Positions 34,811 to 58,200 of a DNA stretch of 64,000 bases are shown here, in pieces. The first letter of the stretch is position 1; each line of letters opens with the position of its first letter. The translations under genes were made by a program, and so were the position numbers. The notes beneath the pieces are model-generated. The model saw only the letters and a program-made list of their open reading frames with translations. It did no database searches and was not told the origin of the DNA. The DNA is from Eutreptiella sp. 'Long Island Sound 2002' (taxonomy: Eukaryota; Protista; Euglenida): the NCBI GenBank assembly GCA_964036045.1, contig OZ038378.1, forward strand, positions 20,088,001-20,152,000, read 5' to 3'.

Positions 34811-37800
34811 GTATCATCTGCAAACAGAGAAACGCAATGCTACAAAACTCATCATGGCAAAACCGACAGACTGCTCTCGTGATTCCAGCTTTGGCTTGAT
34901 CATGGTGTTGTGTGGCTGTGCTCTGTGCATTGGGCGTAGCTTGCCGCACACAATGCAGTGGATACCTGCTGCCTTGTAGGGGTGAGACAGCAAAATTGGC
35001 ATAGGTACTGGATTGCGTTGTCATAGGCAGTGGCACTGCCTGGGACCAGATGTGGGCGGCTTCCCAAGTGCCTCCTGGTCCCTTGCCACAGGTGTAGACA
35101 GAGGATGTCGCTCGAGTTCTTGCTCCAATGGCATGTACTGGAGCACATCAGACTGTTCCTGATGGCAAATCCATCCCCTTGAAAGTGGAGTGCCGATGGG
35201 CACTTTAGCACTGCATGTAGACTGCCCTATTTTTCGAACGTACTCCCCAAACCTCTTAAAAGCGCCAGTTGCAAAAGCCGCTCCGGACTAGCCTCTGAAA
35301 ACCCACTGGCGCAATGTTTCTCCCCATCTTCCCTCCTGCCAAGGCAACATGCAACGGGCAACAAGATAGGTAATGTGTGGCTCATTTGTACTAAGATGCA
35401 CAGTTCACCCAAAGAAGCCCACAAAGGTCTGAAACAATGGGTTGGGGGGCATTAAACCACTGTCAATAGATTATTGTCTTGCAAAGATTGAGCTGAGCAT
35501 GGCCTGTTTGCTCGTAGGTGCACGACTAGGGGGAAGTGAACCACCCTCCATGATGGGCTTATTCAGCTCGAGTTCGTGGAACATGGTAGGGGGGAACTTG
35601 AGGGGGAATGAGACCTTAACACTACTGAGAGCTGGAACCATGGTCACATTGTCAGCGGTTTTCAATACCAAGGGCGGTGCTGTCAGCGTTTTTCAATACC
35701 AAGGGCAGTGCTGTCAGCGGCACACTTCTTGGGCTGGATCAGCCCGGTAGACAACAACATATTGACATCACATTTGGAACCATCTTTCGGTGGCAGTGGG
35801 CAATTCCATCACTACTTGACTACAAGCGGTTGGGTGGTCAGACGGCCAAAAAAAAATAGTTGCACTGCACACACACTACGCTCAAGCCCCCCCCCCCCCC
35901 TCACGCCCCTGTATATTACCCCAGATCCCTGTGACAAGCAAATTGTCCCTCTGCACCTTGGCAAACTGCACAAAGACGGGTGATAAAGAGCACACAAGGA
36001 AAGCAAAGAACGGGAAAATATCACAGCAGCCATTGATGTGGCACGAGAACCAGCATCAAATCTTGAGGAAAACATAAGGACGAAAAACTTGGAGATCGCC
36101 GTCGTTGTTTTGAGGGCATACTTGTGTATGAGACTTCTTCCGGGCAGCTTTTCCTAATATATGCTGAACATATGCTGCTTGAAGAATGGCAGGTCAGTGT
36201 GTCTGAGCAGGGTTGCAGCAGGCTGAGCTCACCTTTGCCCGCATGGTTCTTATTGAAAAACAGCGTTTTTGTGCGAGCCCCCAGTTCAATGCCTCCAGAC
36301 CCCCAGTTCATATTCCCTCCGGGTTCCCAATTCTCATGCTCGGTTCTCGTGCTCTTCAAAGCCAGGGGCTGAGAGTATTGCCCATGTTGGTTGGAGGCAG
36401 GGGAAAGGAAGGGAAGCATCAGTCATTGGGAGGGAGGGCAAAAGGGGTGATCACTCACCTACGTGTCATTTGATCTTTTCCTCAGAGACGCTGGAACGCA
36501 TTGGTGGGGGGGGGGGAGCGGGGACGCGTTTTACCATTGCCCTTGTGTTCCGCCCTCACCAATCTCAGGCACAGAAACCAGTAATCCATCGCATGGCCTC
36601 GGTAATACAGCTCTTGAATAACAGCCGGTGGGCATGAGAGTGATCCAGGATTCGATTGCTATGTACAATGCATACAGCATATATAAAGATGCGAGAGGTG
36701 CCAAGCCTGCAAGCATAAATCGTCGCAGCAAGAACCCAGGCCTGTGGAAACTAATAACGCAGTATCCATGGGCCAGACAAAACGGACCTCGCATTTGTTT
36801 TCATTTTGCTCAGGTCTGTGTGCAAACCATCGGTATGCTACAGGAAAAAATTCCCCGGGCTCTACATCAGCAGTGCCTTCAGCACTCTCTGTAAATGGAA
36901 GATACAAATGCTACAGGCAACCTGATTGTGGACAGTGTCGGAACCTGATGATGGGACGGACGGACCGACGGGCAGACGGACAGACAGACAGAGGGACCAT
37001 CAGACATTCCCGTTCCTGTCGCCGTCAGGCTCCCGGCGACAAATGGGGGAACTACGGCCCCAGCTTGCTGATGGGAAATGACTTTGCTCAAGAGTCGTAG
37101 CGGGGGAAGAAAAGGGCACAGGCAGGGGGGGGGGGGTACATGACCACATGTTGCAGGTCCGTACTCCCCCACCCTCCCTCCGTTGGCTGCAGTGACGGTG
37201 CAGTCTCTCATACAGTCCTTCGCCCACTAGACCCAAGAAACTGAAAACCTGTGCGCCCTGGAAACACCTGTTGGGTATCTACAGCACGGGGCCCGCACAT
37301 GGGCAGAGAGCTGGGGGCGGGCTGAGGGATTGCAGCGTTCGCCAGCAGGACTCCGCAGAGTGCAGCAGAGCACCATTGAACCGGGCGCTCACATCTGCAC
37401 GACAGGAGCCTGGAGGGGAACATATGCTGGGGCTTCAAGAGAAAGAAAAGAAGCACAGTCCCGAGAACAGTTTACACGCAGAAGCATACCAAAACGACCA
37501 AACACGGGACGTAAAATCAACCCTTGTTTGACCAACCTGATCCCAACTTTGACACTCCTATCACGCAGTTGTTAGGCGCTGATCATATTTCAACTCCCTG
37601 TGTACCACTTGCCTCACTTTGGGAGGGGCTGTGTGTTACTCCCACCACAAAACACCAGCAGAAAGATGGCAAAACACATTGGGGCCTGCAACGGAACAAA
37701 TGGCAAATTACCAGGGCAGAGGGGCGGTGGCGCCGCCTTTGTTCAAGGGTAAACAAAACCCACCCAAACTACGGCAGTCTGGGATCACGAGGAATTCTAA

Positions 37801-38657
37801 CGCCCAGTGTGCACAGGACTTGCTTGGCAGGTGAACGCCGTCGGCTGGCAGGTAAGCAATAGCAGGCGCCGCTGAACCGTGGCGGTTGAGCAAAGGTGGC
37901 TGACGCTTAACTGACGACGATTGACGAGTATAAAAATCGACTTGTCTCGGTGGTTGTTGGTTCCAATGTGCACGGCTCCTGCTGCAACTCCCTTCCTTGC
38001 TGCCTGCTGCCTGCTGCCTGCGAGAACTTCCTGTACCGTAAAGGGGGTGGTAAAACCTGGAATGCCGGCACCGGCTCAGTGACCCAAACCTGGCTTGGCA
38101 ATTGCAAAACCATCCCATGTATGATGTGAAGACCAGCGTGCCATCAAAACATCAAACAGTGCACTTCTGGGGGGGTTTGCTGATGCTCTTTTTCGGCGGG
38201 AATCCAGGACTTGACGTCGTTTACGGGGCTTGTTGGCCTCTGTGAGAGCAACACACATGCGGCGAACCACGACTAAGTATGGGGACCGAGCTGGTGGAAA
38301 AGGTGCACGTCCACCGGGCTCCACCCAGGGATGTGTCACTGTTTAGGTCTGCTGCCGGGCTCCACCCGGTGTGCGTGATTGGGTGGGGCTCCACACAGGC
38401 TGCTCTCAGGAATGTATTTTTGTGTAGCGCTCGAGCCGGAGGGAGGGCAAGCGTGGCAACCTCCTCGGCACTTGAAAGAACTCCCGAGCAAGGTGGAGGT
38501 GGGAATCATCCCCGAATGAAGCCCAAAGCCACGTTAACAAGCATCGTTCTGACATTCGAGGGGGCAGCAGGGGCTTGAGAGACAGCTAGAGGGGAATGCA
38601 GAAGCGCCGGAGGCTCCGTCCCCGTGCCTGGCGTTGTTTTCAGCTGCAGGCTCGGGC

Positions 38658-48481
<9,824 letters not shown>

Positions 48482-51400
48482 GGACTGATGCTAGAGATAG
48501 GGTGTCAGTGTCAACACTCTCTACTAGGTCTTGTATAAGAATATACTAATGACATAATAATACAATAATAATATAATATTGGTGCACAAAGAATCCATGA
48601 AGAAAATGCTCCAATTGTTTGGTGAATCTTTTTGCAACAACACCTACCCCCTCTGTCCTATTTTGGATATGGAGAACCCCAAAAAAAGAGGTTTTGGGTT
48701 CAAACAATACGGGGTGGGTGAGGGGTTCTGCAAAGCATCCAATTTGGGGGCTTCAGTTTTCGGCAGGTTTCCTGCACCGCAAAGCATTGACAGCACAACA
48801 TTTTGTCAAAATGATAACCCACCAAGTTACTTGTTTTTCAGGGCAAAGGCCAATCTGGGGTGTTTATACACAGCACACACTTTCGAGGGTAAAATCAGGG
48901 AACCTCCTTTAGAAAATTGAGAAGTTTTGTGAATTCTTATGCATCAATGGACTAGTGCACCCCCATTCTGGAGCCAACAGCCTTTGCCCCGTTGCCACCC
49001 CTTGCCCCATCATCATTCATCCTCGCCCGTCACGTTCTGTGGGAATTACATTGGAATTGCAATTGAAAGTGCCGTGTTGATGGTAGTGATGAGGTGGCTC
49101 ATGCATTGGTAAGTGCGCTGGTCGGTGTGCGCCTCGGGTTCTATGAAGTCCACAGTGTCATCTCCGAATGGGATACGCATACTGATGATGTTAAGATGCC
49201 AACCTAGGCCTATGCGCCCTTGCTGCAATGCAAATGTACTAGTAGTTGTACGATTCCCCATCGCAATCATGAAATATGCACCCACAAAGGTCAAATTTGG
49301 GTGAAAAGGGGTGGAAAGGGGTGAAAATTGAAATATCCAATATCGCCCGTGAGAGGGGAGCAACCTAAATTGCTGGTATCAAACAGTAGCAATGCCTCTA
49401 AATTGCTGGTACCAAACAGTAATATTGCCTCCAAAACCACAAAGAATGGGTCTCTGGAACAGCATCGTTTGAAAAGTGTGCATAGCACGCGCGCATTACG
49501 CCGTGCGCGCCCTTCGCATAGTGTACCCAAGCCAGAAACAATTCACTGAATTGCGCGAACAACCAAACATTGCAGTGGATGCCTCCCTCGTCTCACAAGC
49601 CATTCTGCTCTAGTACTAAGTCGAATGACTGTAACGTGGTGTTCTCCATGCAAAAGCTCTGGTGAACCTGTCAAAATCTTGCTTTTTGAGCCTATCAACC
49701 ATTTTGCTTCCTGCTGAAGTGGCTTCGTTGCGGGAAGTAGCTGCACCAGCCTGTGAATGTGTGTATGCCACACAGAAAGTGGGGGGAGTCTCAAACATGG
49801 ATAAACCGCAATTTGGACTCATCATGCAATTAGATGCCGCAAGTCGCCCGTATGTGGCCCAGGTACATGTCCGAAGGTCCCACACCCTTCTCACTCCCCC
49901 TGAGATAGTTGGCTGAAGGAAGTCACGGCCACTTTCGGGCCAGTTTACCAGTCCCTGCTCAGCAAAGAAGTGGTACCTTTGTTAGCGGTGTGCTCTTTTT
50001 GTACCTATGCGCTGTACAAATGGGACTTCGTCTTTGCTAGGGCCCTGGCTGATCTCAATTAGGTCCAGCCTTAGCAGGTTTGCATTCACAAAGCACACCG
50101 TTGGGCGGACGTCCTCCTGCCCTTGACATGTGCAACTTTCTTGCACCTGCCGCTGCACCTCGGTGGCGTTGGCTGCCCTTACCTACTCCTTCGCAATCGA
50201 GCCTACTCCTCATGACCTACATCCACGCCTCTCTAAGCCGCAGCCGGCTGTTGTGCTCTGCAGCCACTTAGCTACCTGCTGAGCTCCACTTCCCCGTTCT
50301 GGCCTTGCACAGTGCCGTGGCTGATCTGCAGGTTCGCGTGCACACTCACCCTTTCACTTTTCTTCATGAAACTACCCTTCATTCCGCCTTCTCCAACAAA
50401 CAGGTGCTCCAGGACGTCCTTTGCGTCGTCACTGATGGGGGCCTGACAGACAGCGCCGTAGGGGGGGGGGGGGGGGAATCCTCTACCACCCATAACAGCA
50501 CATTTTATGGAAGCCTTTCTTTGGCTTCCACATGGTCGCGGCAACATTCAGACACGGAGTGGCTACCGGGTCTTCTGCACATTTCAAGGCATTGCGGCCA
50601 TTGGTCCCATCGTTGGCAGGGCAGAAAGCCCCCCTGCGGTTGCAAGGACTAGTAAATACCTTGGCCACGACATGGCCTTTGGTATGGCGGTGATGCACTG
50701 CAGTGTGGATATGACATGGAATGTAAATGTTGTGTGGACCCTCTGATGACCGAATTCCAAGACCACGATGATGAGGCCCCGGACATGCGGCTGGGGCTAA
50801 CCCGGGTCGGTGGGGGGGTTGAAAGGGGTCGGACGCCACCCTTCTGCAGATAGGACAGTGGCGGTCAAAGAATGCGTCGAAGAAGCTGGGTGTCTTTGAC
50901 AAACAGCTCGTCACTGGCCTCAGGTGGAACCGTGTTGAATAGATTCGTGCAAATGCAGCATTGCATTTTGATCCCAACACACCATCAACCTCCCTCTGCC
51001 CTCGGATGGCAGAAATCAAATCTTTGCAGCAAATGGTCAGCGGATCACTGTGTGCTGTCTATGCTGTCGCCCATCAAGTGGAAGCCTTCCCCCTTCCAGA
51101 ACGTCGAGTTTTCACCTGCAGAGCGTTCAACCTCCCAAGCACTGTCACCACTTGAGCCCGTGTGCATGTGGGTACGTGTGACCAGAGAGAACACCATGTC
51201 AAGGAGGGAACCCAGTACAGGTCAGCGGGCTCGTGACATATGTGAGAGCTCCAGTCTTACGAGGGCGGCTGACCGGGGCGAGCTCTCCAAACGACCAAGC
51301 CATCCAGTAGATCGGGGTCCCTGTACCTCAGCCGTCACCTTGGTTAGAAGGCCCCGTTGGGTAGTGCTAGATGACGTTTGTGCCTGCCCTGATCTGCTGG

Positions 51401-54224
51401 CCTGCATCCTGCGCCTGGCCAGCCAGTGTACGCATCTTACGGCAGGATTCTCTGCTTTCTACCAACAAGGGATGCTGACTGGCAGGCGCTCTGGGGCCCG
51501 CCGCTGCACGTGGCGCAGGCGACTGTTGGGGTCAGGTCGGGTTGGCGCGCGCACGTACTGGGGTCGTAGAGCTGGCCAGCCACGGGCGCGTAGGCCGTGG
51601 GACCAAGAAGGTGTCGAGGGGGCTGGATGTGTTTGACAAACACCACCTTCTCATGTCTGGCTGCCCCCATTCCATAAAATCAATCCCCCGCCCACGATGC
51701 TTAGCTTTGCACACCTCCATCCCCTTATGCCTGTCCACAGCAGCGCCCTGCGACTGCTGACAGGCTTTCGAAATGCTGCCGCAAGCCCCAAGTGCCAGCC
51801 CCATCAGCTAATTCATTCAGCCCTGCACTGACTCGTCCATGGCCCACAGTTGGAAGGTTCCCAGGTTTACAAAGATGTAGCGGATGAATGAGAGTAGGTG
51901 GTGGGTAGTAGGTGGTGGTCACGATCGGGGACCAGGGGGAGGGGTGAGGGAGGGGCCGGTGCCTGTGCATTACACACACCCATGAATCTGCAACGGGCTG
52001 TCGTGCGTTTGCAACGCCCTGTTTGCCGCTTGCAAGACAATCCCACCCTCTCCAATCCGGTGCAACACTCCCCCATGCACAAGCCTCTCCCAGAGAGCAA
52101 GTAGATCCCATGGGAAGACAGGTGACCATGCGATGACCGGCTTCCAAGACCGCGATGATGAGGCTCCGGACGTGGGGCTGGGGCTAACCCGGGTCGTGGG
52201 GGGGGAGGTGAATTCTGCAGATAGGACAGTGGCGGTCCAAGAAGGCATCGAAGGAGCTACGTGCCCTAAAACACCCTGAGGAAAGCAGAAGTGCACAACG
52301 CTCATAGAAAATATGCAATGAACCCCAGGAAATGCGGTAGAGACAAACGACATGCTAAACCGGGGCAGTGACCACACACACACACACGACTCATTGTCCC
52401 CATGCGGTCCTTGAGGGCGGAGAGTGCCTCGGAAACGCCCAAGCGCCCGACAAGACTGCACGTCCACTGGTCGTTCTCCACGTCAGCACAACCACCACCA
52501 GCAACACGAGGCATGCCACACCGCTCAACCCAAGTGCTGACCGATTGTGTGGCTGATGGGTCGCGGACTGACCACTGCCCCAGTCATGACCGGAGCTGCC
52601 ATCGCAGGGGGAGCTGCTCGCATTGGCTCCTGCATGTGATGTGCCGGCACTGACCACAGAAATGTCACCGGGCATTGGGGCCCAGCAGCCGCCATGTTCC
52701 CTGGTCATGTCCCCGGTGTTGAGGGACTAAAGACAAGGAAACAAGCACGAGCATTTTTGTAATGTTTTTCTCAGCCAACAGCAAAAGTAATGCCAAGGCC
52801 CACGAGGTTCAGGGCAGACAGAGTGGGAGGATTGCCCGGGAGCCTTGCTGTCCCTGAATACATCTGAAAAATCGGTCTGTGCTGAGTGACTTGCAAATTG
52901 GCGCCTTGCTTTGTATATTGACCCGTCACATTCTTTCCCAGACCATAAGTGAATTCGTGTGTACTTCTCAAAAGATTAGATTATCCGCACCAGCAGAACG
53001 GCAGCCTCAAACAGATCAGTCTTGCAATTCCAGTGTTCGTTCATAATTCCTCCTTTCTCAGGTCCGAGGCGAAGCGATCCCACGACAGGTTTCCTTTGAA
53101 AACTAAGTGAGCGGTGCTGTGCTGGTGTGATGACTCCAGGCATTAGGGATTTCTTTTGTTTGCCCCGCAATTGGCACATGGAGATGCGTTGGGACTGTTC
53201 TGCAGTGTTGGTTTCAAGATCATCGCAACAGGCCCACCGAATGCTGCTGCAGGGTGTGGGATGATTGCTTGGGACATGGGACTCCCTTTACTGGCATTGA
53301 ATCGGGGGGTGCTGTTGTTGTTATTTCGATTGATTGGTTTCCGGTAACCGACATCCATGTGTGCACGGGATTGAGGATGATCCGTAAACCCGATATTTGA
53401 CCCATTCACCATGATCTGCCACCCCACAAACCAAAAGGATTTCACATTTCGCAGTTGAGGAAGAGTCAAGGGTCCTCCGACCCCATGTACTGATCTCTGT
53501 GAATCAGGCACAAGATTGGGGAACTACAATCCCCCAGAACGGATTGATAACCCCACGGGGTTTCCATTTCCTCTTCTTCAGGAGGGATTACCCCCCAAAT
53601 TGCCATTCTTCAGGGCAGGGGGGGAGGGGACTGTCCTGGGGGATTCAGGCGTCACACTGTTCAGAGTTCACCAGCAGCTCACCCCGCTGTGATGGCTGTG
53701 AAGAGTGCAGGTGCACAGCACTGCCCTGTGGGCAGCACTGACAGGTGGGTTGTGGGTCAGCCCAGCCCAGCCCTGTCCTGCCCAGCCCAGTCCAGCCATC
53801 ACCTCCTGTGCACAGCAAATATCATGTCTCTCCCACCTCATTGGACCCCCGATGAATTTAGTCTACCAAAACCAGCTCGCACTTGCACCCAGTCACCCAG
53901 GGGCCACACACACACACACACAGTCTGCAGTCGGATAGCGCTGTTTCAGAAACGCAAAGCATTGAAAGTCGTCACCCCAGTCCCTGGTGATGTCCTGTAT
54001 GACGTACTCAGGTTGCAGTCGCCATGATGCATACCGGGTGCTGTCCTAAAACGCATGTTTTTATAGCCAAATTTCCAGACGGCGTGCGATCGCACACGGC
54101 ATGTGCTGGCATGTGGTAACTGAGTGAATACACTGCTTTAATGGTAGCGCATGTGTCATGCTGTGAAATCACATATGCCCTATGCGCATCCTTATGCATC
54201 GCGCGCATCGCATGTTCACGGCGG

Positions 54225-54228
<4 letters not shown>

Positions 54229-54295
<67 letters not shown>
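54229..54295. repeat. (CA)n microsatellite
   Basis: Direct reading; similar tracts at ~4098-4134, 16661-16685, 20757-20808 and 42765-42810. Confidence 0.95.
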
Positions 54296-54297
<2 letters not shown>

Positions 54298-55216
54298 ATG
54301 TCTGTCCCTCACACATAGTGGCGCGCATGGGGGGAAGCCTCATGCTGCCGTGGAGCAGGCCAGGGAAACCATCACCGACAGGGGTGATTAGGGGGTTGCA
54401 GGGTTCCAGGGGAGGAACTGATCATGGGGCGTGCATGCACCTGCACAGTCCAGCTGGTTCGGTCAAGTGCAAGAAGCAGCAGCCCCCAGTGCCGGGGGGG
54501 GGGGGGGCAGAGCATTTGGAATGTGCGATTGCATGGGTTGGGCGGTTTGGGGGGGGGGGGGGGCGACCCCTTGTGTCTCGTGTCCTTGCCCGCCCCCCTC
54601 CCGCCCATCAGCGGTAGTGAGCACCCTCCAAACTTCACTGCCTTGAGAAAAACTTTATGTGAAGCATGGCCGACGCCGACGTGGGAGGGACGCCAAGGGG
54701 CAGAAGCAGCGCTCGTGAGTAGTGGGACTACCTTCCCACTCTCACCAACTGAAAACACTCCCCCCTCCCCGTGGCTTGCGACACACACATGGGATATCAT
54801 GTCACGGCTGGGGGTTGTGCAGTGCATGCCCTCTTTAGAGGTCTCTCGGCCGAGCAAATGGGACCGAATGGAGCAGGGTGACATAGAATTTCTTCAGATG
54901 GACGCAATACCTGTCTCTGAAGACTTATGCGAAACACCGCTATGATATCAGCTTCATGTAAAATAAAAAATAGGTGATTGATGTTCAGATTGTGAAGTTG
55001 TGCGGAAACAAACGACCACTCCTGACAGTGCCCACATGAGAAGCACAGCCTCCACTGCATGAACCCCATCCTTGACAAGCACAGGATAACCTGCCGGCAC
55101 AACATAAAACACAACGACAGAACACTGGGGGTATACCTTGACAACATGAATGAATCGACCCAAAAAGACACCAATGCTCAGCAGCCACACGAGGCCTCTC
55201 TGCGTGCGTGCATGCT

Positions 55217-58200
55217 TCACACTGGCTGGTCCCCGGCGTTTTCGAGATAAGAACGCCACGTTCGAGACAAAATTGCGCCCTCCAACTTGAACAGAGTTTC
55301 GGCTGATTTGCGGACTGCTGAATGCACCCCACGACTGCACTGCGGCAGCCCCTCGGAATCAACATGATCTCCAGACACCTCCAAGCGCACAGACTGCCTA
55401 CCATCCCGATGTGTGGCAGCTTCCAGAAGCTGTTGCAGACGGACGCTGACAAGAGCCTCGTTGGCAGTGGAGAGGGGTCCGAGGATTGCCGCCTTTGAAC
55501 TCAACTGCAAAACGGAGACAGAGATGCTGGTCCATTTATTGATTCACCTCCATCCTCCACCTCCACGCTCCATCTGGTCCTCGCCTCTGAATCTGCCCAG
55601 CCCCAAAAATGAGCACCTGCGAGGCGCTCAAGCAACCAAACAACACATGGACCCCCTCACTCAGGTTCTCACACCGGCCCAGGCAAAGTTCAAAAGACGC
55701 TCCATGACACTGGATCTGCTTGATACTCCTTCCCCGTGCAAAAAATCTCCAACCAGCAATTTCACTCCAGCTCGGTCCTGATGAATGTCCTCGTGATTCG
55801 GCTACAGCAGTGATCCATGGCCCAGTGCTTGAACTCAACCAGAAAGGCCACTTCAACATTGACGAAAGCCACAAGAAGCACCACACCTTCAAAATGTTAC
55901 ACGAATTCAACAACATTCGTCGGGGGTCCTGAAGATTTGTTAACAAAACGTCTTCCACATCTGTGAAGCCCACTTTTTTCGCACGGAAATTCCAATTCCA
56001 GGAGGTGTTGCGATTTGGATGAAAACAGAGTGATAAACAAAAGCAAGAAAGGGTCATCCAGACTCCGTATCAGTCGCCTTGGAGCGATCCACTGAGGTCA
56101 TGAAGCCAGATGTTGTGGTTGCGTGTAGATTTCACCCGTTTACATTGCTCACGCCCCTCAGGCCAACCTTGATGCCTGCACACCTGCACACATTTGCCCT
56201 TCCCTGTGCCTCCATAGGTGCACAGATAGTGCATCCGCCCCCCCCCTCCAGTTTGTCACTACGGGCCACACATGGTGGCCCAGGCCCACTGGCAGGCGAG
56301 CAGACCCTCTGATGCACCAATTGACACGGCCCATTTCTTTGAAAAAACACATGTGGCTTTCTAAGGAAATGAAATTGTAGATAGAGTTTCAAAGGCCGCC
56401 CAAAGGCCCGGTGTTTCTTCCTTTTTGGAGAGGCTGGGCTTGCAAAAGTCTCGGTGCTTGTGAATACCACGGCCCCTTCCTACCGGTTGCATGTGCTGTG
56501 GTGGAGCACTACCCGCGTTCGACAGCGCAAAAGAACATTAAGCATTCAACAACATTCTTTCCCCCGAGAGCTTCTTGAAGTCCACAAAGGAATGCAAAAG
56601 AGGCGCAATCGAGCCCATTGGAGGTTCTGGCACGTGCACCGGCAGCCCCACTCGCAGCCACTTTGGGGGTGTGTGCGATAAGCAGGTCAGACAGAGTGCA
56701 CGGCGGTGGTGCAGAGAGGGGGGGGGGGAGACTCACCGACCATCAAAAGTGCCAATCGCATCCTCCTTGAAAACTGGGGACACGCCACCTTGCCTGTCCA
56801 GTCACCTTGACTGGCGGCAGTATCCGCTAGAGGTCGACCACCAAAATGCACCCGTAAACAAACCGATCAAGAAAGACTTGCAGCGCAGACACAGGGCGAC
56901 GGGGGTTGTGAAGGGGTAGCACACCCGATCATTCGCTGCCCCATCGTACTCGTCGGCATATGCCACGTGCAGCCGCATCGCCGCCAACAGCCGCATGGGC
57001 GCTGTGCCATTCACTGCATAGCGCTTCCATTGCCTCAGACGCAGAGCCCGGAAAGCGGCCTCCCGAGGTTCAGTCAGTGCTTTGGTGGTGTTGCCTTTGC
57101 AGCACCAGACCCCCACCTTGTCATTGGGGTTGTGGGTTTGGAACATGCCGTAGTTCATGAGGAACTCCACAGAGCTGAGATGATCCGGGTACGCATGGAC
57201 CACCTCTGTGCCACTGGCCAGAGGACGAAGGGCATAGTGGCGCACGCCATCTTCGGAGACGTCCATCCGGGCGTTAGCTGTGGCCACACCCTGCGAGGGA
57301 ACACCCTGCGAGGGAACACCCTGCGAGGGAACACCCTGCGAGGCAGAGAAACCCTGCGAAGACAGAATCACTATTCACCCCTACCCCTGACCGCCAGCCT
57401 GCGGGGCAAGACGGGGGCTGGTCGGGTACCCCATGGTACACCCGGTGCCCGGTGCCATGTCTTTGCGTGGGCTACTTTTGCTGATGAGGCCGTCTGTGTG
57501 TATCGGACTGGGTAAAGGTCCTGTTTTCCAGGTCGGAGAGTGGAATGTCTGTCCCACTGTTCACCATTGCAGCATACTTCCGTCGTACAAGAGAGGGGGG
57601 GTTCACTACCCACCCGCCCACCGAATCTTCCCGCATCACATTGGAATAAGCGTGTCTTAAAATGGGACACAGACCCCTGAGCCCCTCCACCAATTGCAAA
57701 ATGACCCGTAAACCTGCGCTTGACCTCCATGATTCACGACATGATGCCGATGTGAGCAATGTGCCAACCTACTTTTTCCCTCTTCGCCTTGCAGCATTTC
57801 CGGCAGGAATGCCCATGACTATGATGACAAGTCACAAGCCTCGCCCGTCCGTGCTTAGTGCATGGCACAATCTCGTTTCCGCGGGTCACATCGGAAATAA
57901 GTAAATAAGGCAGATGGGCATCACATGTGGACGGACCCCTCTGCTCATGATGCGAAAACGGGGTTGCGCAGCACGTTGTGGAGCTCTCCCAGACGCAGAC
58001 GCATAAGACAGAAAAAAAAAAACCATGCATCCTAACTCTCCCTTGTGACCGTGGGTTATGAGACACATCATTGGAATTTCAATGGCAAGTAGTAGATTCC
58101 AGGACGAACCGATCGTTCCCACTTGAAGAGGGGAAGGTTGTTGCAAGGAAGTCCCGCCACGATTCCCTCCCGGGAGATCGGCTCAACCCGACTCAGGACT

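Noticed and set aside
35000-38600. Several exon-like segments between katG and pth (e.g. 36531-36794, 38076-38339)
   Set aside because: No recognisable domain or phase-consistent exon chain; a gene may be present but is unsupported.
50872-51636. Plus-strand 254-aa ORF and the neighbouring minus-strand RT-like hint (LWERLVHGGV, ~52050)
   Set aside because: No diagnostic motif such as YADD or QGxPLSP could be recovered; too weak to call.
55536-56057. 173-aa ORF and plus-strand NIDESHK transposase-like hint
   Set aside because: Inside a SET-gene intron, single short motif, interrupted by stops.
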